Below, piece by piece: positions 20,698 to 30,742 of a stretch of DNA of 64,000 nt. The stretch's first letter is position 1. Each line of letters starts with the position of its first letter. The stretch comes from Fimicolochytrium jonesii (taxonomy: Eukaryota). The DNA is taken from assembly GCF_025526975.1 (NCBI RefSeq), contig NW_026515704.1, forward strand, positions 1 through 64,000, in the 5' to 3' direction. The translations under genes were made by a program, and so were the position numbers. The notes under the pieces were generated by a model that saw nothing but the letters and a program-made list of their open reading frames with translations, had not been told where the DNA came from and did no database searches.

Positions 20698-22290
20698 ATG
20701 AGTGATTCCGACAGCGAGACGCGCCAGACAGAGCTGGTCATCAACTTGCAATCCTGCGACGTCCCTGGGATGATCCGCACGTACATCGACAGCCCGTACA
20801 ATACCAATCGCGTGAATGAGAGAACACGCCGTTTGGCAAATGTGAGCCAATACTGGTTCGCCGGCCTGCTAGTCGACCTATCCAGGCGGGAGCAGCTCAG
20901 AGCTGCCATCTTGGCCCGCAACCCGCGCCTCGGTAACAACACCCTCGGTCAATACCTTGGCTATGTTTCAACTTTCCTTGAAAACATACTTGAGCATCCC
21001 GACCTCGTCGCTCAGGTGGCTCTTGCCCTCCATGCCAAAACTGCGCAAACAAGGCTTGCCCTCAAAAGGGATGCGACAGCGCTGAGGATCTTTGCCAATA
21101 GGATCCAAGCGGGACTTCCCAACCCCCAAGCAGCGATGGCGGTTCCGTCTGTTCAAGGCATCGACGCAGAGACCACCGCGGACGCCGATGCGCAACAAAC
21201 GGCCGCAGTGAACCATCGCGAACGAAACGACTTCAGCGAGGATGAGTGGGAGATAGTCAAGGACATTAAGCTTGACAGACTCTTCCCACAAATCGTTTAA
21301 GGTGGAATAGAGCGAGTACGACGCTTTTCCGACGGATTGGCTGCCGACCGTCGATACCAGGTGGAGCTAGGCATCCACTTGATCCGCTACGGTTGCGAGC
21401 CCAATTGTCGCTCCGCTCATATCAAGGAGAAGCACGACATTGCTTCTGCTGGAAACGAGGACTCATTGGCCTTGTTTTCGCAGCTTGGGGAGGTTCACTC
21501 CTACCATGCAAGGGCCAAGCATCAAGAGCGCGTGATAACCCAGCTCGGCAACATCTCTGCCCACTACCAGACCGACTTCTACAAGATGTTCCGCAAAGAT
21601 CTGCCTCTGGGTGAAACCGAGGGGTGCCTCTTCACGAACAAGGATGACCGACCTTGGGACGCAAACGAGTTCCGCGACGTCATGAACCGTCTTCTGCAGG
21701 AGCTGACGGGTCACAACGTCACCCTCAATCTCCTTCGGATCCTTGAGATCACCTTGAACCGCCCGCCCGACATGACCAACGAGGTAGAGCGCCGGTTCGC
21801 GCACGTTCGTGGCCATACCGTCGAGGAAAATCGTTGGTACGACCGTTGGAGCGGCAAGCTTCGTCTAGAGCAGTATCAAGCTGAACAGGCTGCGCTGCAA
21901 GCTCGACCCTTAGAGGACCCCACTCCACCTCCCGCGGCGCAGCGACTTCGGGTTACTGGTCCGAACTTTCCCGACCTGGCGGTTACCGTCAACCAGATTG
22001 TGCAGCGTCTTATGCCTGGATTAGTCACCAATATCGTCGCCCAGCTGCAAGACCGGCCTGAGCACGAGGACGGCGCTCACTCTGCAGGTGACGATCAAAG
22101 GACCGGATCGGTTGTAGCGGACGATCCAGTATTTACTTATGGCATGGAACCAGAAGTGATTGCGGCCAGCGACGGACCGTTTGCCGAGACGGTTCAAGTT
22201 GCGCTGATCAAAGATGCGGTGGTCAACAAGGCTGAAGATGCGTCGGCTGACAAAGAAGAAGGCCTTGAACTTGTCCCTGTTGACCCTTGA
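20698..22290 (+). pseudogene. Tyrosine recombinase-like gene with one in-frame TAA at 21298-21300
   Basis: ORFs 20698-21300 and 21337-22290 share a frame. YGCEPNCR (catalytic R), CLFTNKD, TLNLLRI and FAHVRGHTVEENRWY give an R..xxxR..GH..Y arrangement. Confidence 0.7.
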
Positions 22291-22394
22291 GAGAGGTGAC
22301 GAATGGCAGCTTGGATGTACAGCGGGTCGTGAGATTCTTGTAGGCTAGCGTGTTTGTGTGTCCAAATAGGATCTGTATGTATATGGAATAGTGT

Positions 22395-22950
22395 CAATTC
22401 ATCGCATCGCATCGCGTCGCCCGTAAGGACGCGTTGAGGTGAATAGAATCCATCCGTTCGTTCAGACATGAGATGGAGACTTCATCGCATTGCGTTGCAT
22501 GTCCGTGATGCGATGGAGAGAGATGGACTTGTCACGTGACGCGCGAATAGAATCCATCGCGTCGTTCAGACATGAGATGAAACATGGCCTTCATTGCATT
22601 GCGTTGCATGTCCGTGATGAGATGAAGACATGAGATGGATGGATGGAGCTGTCACGTGACGCGCGAATAGAATCCATCGCGTCGTTCAGACATGAGATGA
22701 AACATGGCCTTCATTGCATTGCGTTGCATGTCCGTGATGAGATGAAGACATGAGATGGATGGATGGAGCTGTCACGTGACGGGTGAATAGAATCCATCGC
22801 GTCGTTCAGACATGAGATGAAACATGGACTTCATCGCATTGCGTCGCATGTCCGTGATGCGATGGAGGCAGAGTTGGAGGCAGGGATGGAGTTGTCACGT
22901 GACGCGCGAATAGAATCCATCGCGTCGTTCAGACATGAGATGAAACATGG
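22395..22950. repeat. ~120 bp tandem repeat, ~4.5 copies, four of them with the palindrome GTCACGTGAC
   Basis: GTCACGTGAC at 22531, 22651, 22771 and 22894, each followed by GxGxGAATAGAATCCATCGCGTCGTTCAGACATGAGATG. Confidence 0.95.
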
Positions 22951-23072
22951 CCGATGCGACTAGCGACGGCAGGATGGAAGGATGGGAGGGTGTGTTTGAA
23001 GACAGTGAAGAGAAGAGGAAGGAGACAGAAGGAGGCGGACGTAGTCGCCAAGTAGAGTCTCTAGCGACGAGT

Positions 23073-23407
23073 ATGGCAGCAATGGTAGCGGGGCAGCGGG
23101 TTTGGTCAAGCTGGCCCCAACGCATTTTATGGCTTCATCGCCGAGGGCGTTCTCATCGATAAACTCACCGGGGTAACCAGTATGTAACTGATACAGGGAC
23201 TTGGGAGGAACGGACATGTAGCGAAGGAATAACGGGAAAGTGGCAGCAATGGTAGCGGGCGGCGGGTTAGTCAAGCTGGCCCCATCGCATTTTCCATGGC
23301 TTGATCGGCGAGGCCGTTGTTATCGATAAACTCGCCGATTAAGCAGTATATAACTGCTACAAAGACCTAGGAGTAACGGGCATGTAGCGAAGGAATAACG
23401 GGAAAGT
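23073..23407. repeat. ~168 bp tandem repeat, 2 diverged copies
   Basis: TGGCAGCAATGGTAGCGGG...ATCGATAAACTC...CATGTAGCGAAGGAATAACGGGAAAG occurs twice. Confidence 0.92.
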
Positions 23408-23533
23408 AGCACCTATGAATCAGCGGCGTAACTGGGACGTAATGCATACATACTATGTACTGTAATGGTTATGACCAGTATACAGACCAGTTATGCACCG
23501 AATACACCACAGTTACATAACCAGAAAATAGCA

Positions 23534-23579
23534 GTGTCGTAGTGCAGGTGTAATTTAAATTACACCTGCACTACGACAC
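23534..23579. repeat. Perfect 46 bp palindrome
   Basis: GTGTCGTAGTGCAGGTGTAATTT|AAATTACACCTGCACTACGACAC. Confidence 0.97.
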
Positions 23580-23644
23580 ACGCCACCTGGGTGAGAGCCA
23601 GGTGTCGTAACCACTAAGCCAAAATGTGTGTGTTCCCGTTACAG

Positions 23645-24376
23645 TGTTGGAGGTATCATCCTCCCGAGTCCTTAGTTAGGGTTCCCGTAGTTGAGTCCCT
23701 AGTTAGGGTTTCTACTAGTTAAGTTCCCCTTGTGACTCACCTCCCGCTTACGCCACGCTTACGCGTACGGGAGTTCACTCCTTTCTTCCCCCTCGGACCT
23801 CACGTCCGTTTTCTACACACAAGACTTCAATACATACTTCACAGTACTACATCTCACACAACATAGAGTTCGCTCAGTCATCTGCTTCCTCTGCCGACTA
23901 CTGCTAAGTAGTCCAGCCAAAGCGACGGCTATCTGGTACTCTAGATGAAGAAGCCTGTCTTCCTGCTTGATAGGAATATACCCTTCCTGATTGGGATCCA
24001 TTGGGTCCATCAAGAAGGGGTTGTCGGTTCCCGCGGGTCCGCAAAATTTGGGCGCATTCACACACGTCGTGGTTGCGTCTTCCAACTCTGCAATAGACTT
24101 TTCCCCCTTCCTCTCTTCCACATATCCACCGGGCATTTAGTCGGCGGCAGCGGGTTCGGGAGAGCTCTTCCTGAGTTTGGTTGTTGAATCCAAGTTGACA
24201 ATTGGCGACGGGAGACCGAGAGTTCTTTATGCTGACTCGTCCGCTAGTTGCGGGCGGAGCCAGGGCTCATAACCACTTACCAGTAGTCGGCAGAGGGAGC
24301 AGATGACTGAGCGAACTCTATGTGATGGGGAGACGAAGCCCTTGTCTGTGTATGAAGATATATAGAGAAGTCTAGT
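23645..24376. mobile_element. Relics of an older LTR family (C), two fragments in opposite orientation
   Basis: TGTTGGAGGTATCATCCTCCCGAGTCC at 23645 is the reverse complement of the sequence ending at 49883. 23862-23909 is inverted relative to ~24275-24322, and 24255-24360 resembles 49615-49720. Confidence 0.6.
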
Positions 24377-25225
24377 TGTAATGAGGTGCTGCAGGTGTCA
24401 CCTTAGTGCGGGGAGCGCGTAGGGCATGAGATCATGTGTAGCATAGATTATATTGGAGTTCTACGCTCTGGGGTGACTCACAAAGGAAAGAAAAGCCTTC
24501 GGGCGGCGCCCTGGCAGGTAGAAACTCTAGAATTCTTTCAATACATCCAGCGGAGACAGAACTAGCCTCTGGCAACGGACCTAGCATTATTACATGGTAG
24601 CACCACCCTTCAAGATCTCTCCGCCAACCTACGATGAGCAACTCTCAGGCTGTTATGATCTCGACGACGGAGGCGGAAGCGAAGTAGAGAAGACAGGGCG
24701 AGAGTGATAGGCGACAAGAGATTGTATTGGCGAAACAAGAAACAAGGACTAGAACAGGAGATGAGAAGAACTGGTGTTGATCTGCTGGGGAGGAAGGGAA
24801 CGGACGAAGAGAGGCCGGCTATTTATAGATAGGCAACCCAGCAGATCAGAGAACAACAACAACAAGAGGGGACTGGGGGGGCGCCAGCTATGCTCCTAGA
24901 GCGTGCGTGGCGAGCGTAGAGAGCATTGCTACAGCTGCTGGCTATGGGGAAGTAGTGGGGGGTGTAGAGAAGCCGAGGGGGGATTGGCGAAATGAGAGGA
25001 GAGAGGAGGAGTGACAATATTGCAAGAGGATTGGCAAAATGAGAGGAGAGAGGGGGAGTGGCATTGGCATTGACATTGACACTGACATTGACATTGACAT
25101 TGACACTGACATTGACACTGACATTGACATTGACATTGGCGTTTGACATTTGGCGGTTGACATTGGCGGCTGTCAGTAGGTAAGCTTATGGTATGGGCGC
25201 GTCGTCCATAACAGCACCCCTCTCT

Positions 25226-28200
25226 TTAGCGGCGGCGGCGGCGGCGTGGAGTTTGGTGTGGCCGCAGAGGAGGTGCTACGGGGACAGAGGAAGGCTTGTT
25301 GGGGTACGCGCTGTGGAAGTCCTGGAGGAGTGCGTAGGTATGGGTGAGGTGTTCCACGGGTTCCCAGGTGTTCTCGGAGTCAGGCCAGCCCTGCCATTTG
25401 ACCAAGTACTGAAGGCGACGACAATGGATGCGAGAGTCAAGAATGGCTTCGACAACCCACTCTTCTTGACCCTCAACGGTCTCTGGGCGCGCGGGTTCGG
25501 GTTCGTGTCGTTCGGGGATGGTGAAGCGGGGTTTGAGGAGCGAGACATGGAAGAATTTGTGGATTTTGTACGTAGGCGGGAGCTTGAGCCGGTAGGCGAC
25601 GGGATTGATTTTTTCAACGATGGGGAATGGCCCAATCTTGCGATGGTCGAGTTTCTGAGAGGGCCGGGTTGTATGGAGGTTTTTGCGGAGGAGCCAGACG
25701 TGGTCGCCAGGCTTGAAGTCCGGTCCAGGAATTCGTTTGGCGTCGGCGTAGCGCTTCATTTGATCTTGGGCTTCCTTGAGCTCGAGGGCGAGCTGTTCAT
25801 GGACTTCCCTGATTTGTTTAGCGCGGGCTTCAGCGGCGGGGTTGACGGATTTGGAGGTAGCAGAGGCCGCGAAACTGAAGCGGGGGTGGAGACCCTTGTT
25901 GGCGTAGAAGGGGGTGGTCTGGGAGGCGGACTGATGGGTGTTGTTGTAGGCGAACTCGGCGGACGACAGAAGCTGTTTCCAGTTGTCCTGTTGGTGGTTG
26001 CAAAAGCATCGGAGATACTGCTCCAGGATCTGGTTGGTGCGTTCCGTCTGGCCATCGCTCTGGGGGTGGAAGGCCGAGGAGAGGTTGGCTTTTGCCCCAA
26101 GGAGTTTGAGAAGTTGACGCCAGAACCGGGACTTAAACTGGGGTCCTCGGTCAGAGATGACGTCGTCAGGGAGGCCGTGGAGACGGATGATGCTGTGGAA
26201 GACTAGGTCGGCGGTGGATTCGGCGGATTCTGACTTGCTGCAGGCGATGAAGTGGGCCATCTTGGTGAGGCGACAGTTGACGTTCAGGATGGAGTCGTAC
26301 CCGTCCACGGGAGGCAGGCCGGTAATAAAGTCCAGGGACCAAGATCCCCAAGGGCGGGTAGGGATACTGTTGGGCTGGAGTAGGCCATATGGTTTGTGTC
26401 GACTGGATTTCGCTTGGCTACAGGTATCGCAGGACTTGACGTAGGCCTTGACGAAGCGCCACTGGCTGGGCCACCAGTAGTTGCGGGAGGCGAGTTCGAG
26501 CGTCTTGGACATCCCAAAGTGGCCGACTAGGGGTGTATCGTGCATGTCGTGGCAGACTTCAGCTCGGAGCTCGTTGGTGGGGACATAGACCAGGTTATCG
26601 TGCAGCAGGATCCCATCTTCATCTGAGAACCGCTTGATACGATCTTGGGTTTCCTCAGTTCGTTGGGCGAGGGGTATCTTGAGCTTTTCGCGAATGGTCT
26701 TAGCGAGGGGATTAGAGGCCTGGGCGGCCTTAATCTTGTCAAGCAGCGTGGTATCCATGGGTGTGATGTAGGCAGCCGCGAGTCGAAGGCGTTCGGGAGT
26801 CAAAATTGTGGTTGCCTGGGAGCGGAACGCTTCTTCCCCCTCTTTTAGCTCATGTTCGGAGCGTCGGGAGAGGGCATCGGCTTGGTGCTGCTGGGGACCG
26901 GGGCGATAGGTAATGACAAAGTCAAAATCCGAGAAGAATATCGACCAGCGGGCTTGGCGGCGGTTCCAGGGTGCGGGTTGTCATGAAGTACTGAAGGTTT
27001 TTGTGGTCGGAGGAAACGGTGATCTTGTGACGGGCGCCAATGAGATGGTGGCGCCACTGGGCAAAGGAGTCTTGGATGGCCAGAAGTTCCTTGTCGTATA
27101 TCTCGTAGTTGATCTCTTCGGCCGTGAATTTGCGAGAGTGGAAGGCCACGGGGTGGAGCTGATTGTCCTGGTCAGGTTGGAGGAGAACTGCGCCAAGAGC
27201 GAAGTCGGAGGCGTCAGTTTCGACGACGAAGGGCTTCTCTGGGTCAGGGTGAGCAAGGATGGGGGCGGTGGTGAATGCTTTCTTCAGGTTCTCGAAGGCG
27301 GTGTTTGCGGCGGGTGTCCAGGCGTACGGGATGTCTTTCCGGGTCAGGGCTGTGAGCGGGGTAGCGATCTTGGAATAACCTTGGATGAATCGGCGATAGA
27401 AGTTGGCAAAGCCGAGGAACCGCTGGACGCCTTTGACATTCTTGGGAGGTTCCCAATCCGTGATGGCAGCGATCTTCTTGGGGTCCATCTGGATGCCTTT
27501 CTTGGAGATGATGAAGCCTAGGAACTCAACGGATTCGCGGTTGAATTCGCACTTCTCTGGTTTGGCGTACAACCCATGCTGTCGGAGGCGGGACAAGACT
27601 TTGCGGACATGTTTGGGGTGATCTTCGGGGTTCTTGGAGAATATCAGGATATCGTCGAGGTAGACGACAACAAACACATCGAGAATGTCGCGGAAGATGT
27701 CGTTCATCAGGTACTGGAAGACGCCAGGAGCATTGCTGAGTCCAAAGGGCATGACATTGTATTCAAATAGGCCGTAGCGGCAGCGGAAGGCGGTCTTCCA
27801 TTCATCGCCCGGGCGCATGCGTAAGAGGTTATAAGCGCCGCGGAGGTCGATCTTGGTGAGACGGCGGGCGCCGCGCAAACAATCCATGATACCGTTGATC
27901 AGGGGCAGGGGGGTAGCGATTCTTCACCGTGATGCTGTTCAGGCCTCGATAATCGACGCAGAGGCGGAGAGAACCGTCCTTTTTTTCACGAATAAGACTG
28001 GTGCACCGGCAGGGGACTTTGAGGGTTTGATGAATCCTTTGGCGAGGTTTTCTTCGAGGTATTCGCAGAGTGCCTTCATTTCTGGTTCGCTGAGGCTGTA
28101 GATCAGGCCGAAAGGTGGCTGCTTGCCTTCTTCCAGATCGATTGGACAGTCGTAGGGCCGGTGCTCGGGGAGAGTGTCAGCATTTCTCTTTTTCGAAAAC

Positions 28201-29135
28201 GTCGGCGAAGTCTCGATACTCAGGGGGCAGGAAGTCTTTGATGTCTTTCTCGGGTGTCGGGGGTTTACTGGGGCTAGGCGAGGCTGGGAGATCGGGTTTC
28301 GCAGGGTTGGCGTAGGCGACAAAGACCTGGTCATGCCTTGCTGCGACCCGGAAGGCTGGGGCGGAGATGAACGAGACTCGGAGCGGCGTGGGAGCCGGTC
28401 CTGGGGCGCTGAAGCGAGATACCTTGGGTACTGGAATCGACCATGTTTCGTCGACGGGGACTTCATCCTGGGGGATGCGGATCAAGGGCTCGGGGGTTCT
28501 GGCGGGTGCTGGGCTCGGGGGTGCTGGAGAGTTGTCCCAATTCGCGAATTCATGGTACAGACAGTCGCAACGGAAACCGACCTAAAGGTTCTTGAAGTCA
28601 AGGTTAATGTCGTGGAGGCGGAGCCAGGGGAGACCGAGGAGGATCGGAGCATGGGGTGATTTGGTGACATGGAAGACGAGTTCTTCGAAGTGGTCGTCGA
28701 CCCACATGCCTACTGGTTGGGTGTGATGGGTGATTGGCCCAGCAGAGCTGGGTTGACCGTCAACAAGTTCGATCGTCAGTGGACGCTGATGCGGGACTAG
28801 AGCGATGCGGTGTTTGCGGGCAAAGTCTCTGTCAATGAAGCAGGACAGGGCACCATTGTCGATCATGGCTGAGGTAGGTATTGGGGCGCGGCTGGATGAT
28901 ACCATGATGGTAACGGGGTAGTTGAAGCGTTCGAGGGGACCCAGCGCAAGCATGGCGCGGGGGTTAATTTCGGAGTTTTCGACATGGGCAGCGGCTAGGA
29001 GGGTTGTGTCGGCTATAACGGAGTCGGGAACCAGGGGGGTTGCCTCTCCCGTTGCAGGAGCTGTGAGGTTAGGAGGCCCGGGGCGGTGTGTGTTGTCCAG
29101 TCGCTGGGGCTTTACTGCGGCTGGACTTTGGGAAA
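25226..29135 (-). pseudogene. pol: A1 pol (protease, RT, RNase H, integrase, chromodomain), several frameshifts
   Basis: [64 protein letters not shown], split across ORFs. Confidence 0.93.
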
Positions 29136-30105
29136 ACCCTGTTCGGTGGAGGGTTCTTTGATGTCAACGTTGGCGGCACGGGTGGTGGTCTTGTTCTTGA
29201 CGGGGCAGACTTTTGCAATGTGCCCCGCACCACCGCAGTAAAGGCAGAGGCTGTTGGAAATGCGGCGTTGGCGTTCCTGAGGGCTCAGAGGGCCGCGGGG
29301 ACGAGCGGCGTCAATCTGCATAGGCTCGCTGTGGTCGACAGTGGTGGTAGTAGTAAACGAGGTATGGGGAACCGGGAAGGTCTGGCAGCTTCTGTTTCGC
29401 TCCAGGCGGCGCTCAAACAGCCGGTTATCGCACTGGATAGCCTGCTCCATCACCACATCAATGGTGGCCGCAGGGGGCATCGTGAGCATCTTTGACGTCT
29501 TCTTTGAGGCCACGGCGGAAGGTAGCGATCAGGGCCTGGTCGTTCCAGGAGACATCGCATTGTAGCTGGCGGAACTCAGCGACGTACTCGGTTGCTGCAC
29601 GGGTTTGGCGAAGGTTCTGGAGCTTGTTTTCAGAGGTGCAGACCCTGTGGCTGTCTCCGAAGACCGATTGCATCTGACTGATAAAACTATCGAAGTCCTG
29701 AAGGCTGTGATCTTGGCGTTCGACTAGGGGCGCCATCCAGGCTTGCGCAGTACCGGTGAGGTAGGTGCCAATAGTTTGGATCTTGATGATGTTGCTGGGG
29801 TAGCGGTCGGGCTGGAGAGCAAACATCAACCGGATGTTGTTCAACCACCCACGGAATTTGCTGCGGGTACCATCAAACTTCTCGGGCGAGCTGATTCTTG
29901 GCTCCAGAGCAGGGTTGGTGGCTTGGGGACGGGTGTACGTATTGGCTTGAACCTGGGCGGCGATGCTCTGGGCAGCTTGTGCGTCGGCTTGGGCTTGCGC
30001 TAGGTTGGCCTGCAAGTTGGCGTTTTGGCTTTGCAAGGCGGCGATGGCTTGGCACATATCGTTCCATTGCTTGGCGGTGAAAGGTACGGATTCGGGTTGG
30101 GACAT
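29112..30105 (-). pseudogene. gag: A1 gag, frameshifted by a 5 nt deletion near 29490
   Basis: PEKFDG, EPMQID, zinc knuckle [14 protein letters not shown]; the intact version is in A2. Confidence 0.92.
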
Positions 30106-30742
30106 GGCGAAAAAGGTCTGTCGGATGCAGGGCTGGACGGGTTCTGAACTTCGCAGTGTTGGAGCAGATCAAACTGTTATGATCTCGACGACGGAGGCGG
30201 AAGCGAAGTAGAGAAGACAGGGCGAGAGTGATAGGCGACAAGAGATTGTATTGGCGAAACAAGAAACAAGGACTAGAACAGGAGATGAGAAGAACTGGTG
30301 TTGATCTGCTGGGGAGGAAGGGAACGGACGAAGAGAGGCCGGCTACTTATAGATAGGCAACCAGCAGATCAGAGAACAACAACAACAAGAGGGGACTGGG
30401 GGGGCGCCAGCTATGCTCCTAGAGCGTGCGTGGCGAGCGTACTAGAGCATTGCTACAGCTGCTGGCTATGGAGAAGTAGTGGGGGGTGTGGAGAAGCCCA
30501 GGGGGGATTGGCGAAATGAGAGGAGAGAGGAGGAGTGACGATATTGCAAGAGGATTGGCGAAATGAGAGGAGAGAGGGGGAGTGGCATTGGCACTGACAT
30601 TGACACTGACATTGACATTGACATTGACACTGACATTGACACTGACATTGACATTGACATTGGCGTTTGACATTTGGCGGTTGACATTGGCGGCTGTCAG
30701 TAGGTAAGCTTATGGTATGGGCGCGTCGTCCATAACACAGGC

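Larger units (their letters stand above)
1894..23580. mobile_element. Endogenous Polinton-like virus, truncated at left; right boundary approximate
   Basis: Compact cluster without evident coding introns: MCP, penton, A32 ATPase, rve integrase, D5 primase-helicase, tyrosine recombinase, fibre; ends in tandem repeats and a palindrome. Confidence 0.88.
24651..30737 (-). mobile_element. Ty3/gypsy chromovirus family A, copy A1, inserted in B1 gag
   Basis: 563 bp LTRs at 24651-25213 and 30175-30737 (TGTTAT...ATAACA); TSD CAGGC at 24646-24650 and 30738-30742. Confidence 0.97.

Noticed and set aside
1894..22290. Bacterial prophage or contaminant interpretation
   Set aside because: No terminase, portal or HK97 capsid; chromodomain, F-box and A32 ATPase point to a eukaryotic virus; contiguous with telomere repeats and fungal-type retroelements.
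22395..22950. Regular repeats resembling a CRISPR array
   Set aside because: Whole 120 bp units repeat with no unique spacers, no cas genes are present, and the context is eukaryotic.
1894..23580. Canonical Polinton/Maverick call
   Set aside because: No protein-primed PolB or adenain protease motifs seen, though genes may have been lost left of the truncation.
24823..25163. ORFs with NVNVSV / MSMSVS runs in each family-A LTR
   Set aside because: Translations of the (GACATT/GACACT)n microsatellite in the LTR.
25193..26206. 337 aa plus-strand ORF (also 37470-38483)
   Set aside because: Antisense shadow of the integrase-chromodomain frame; no motifs of its own.
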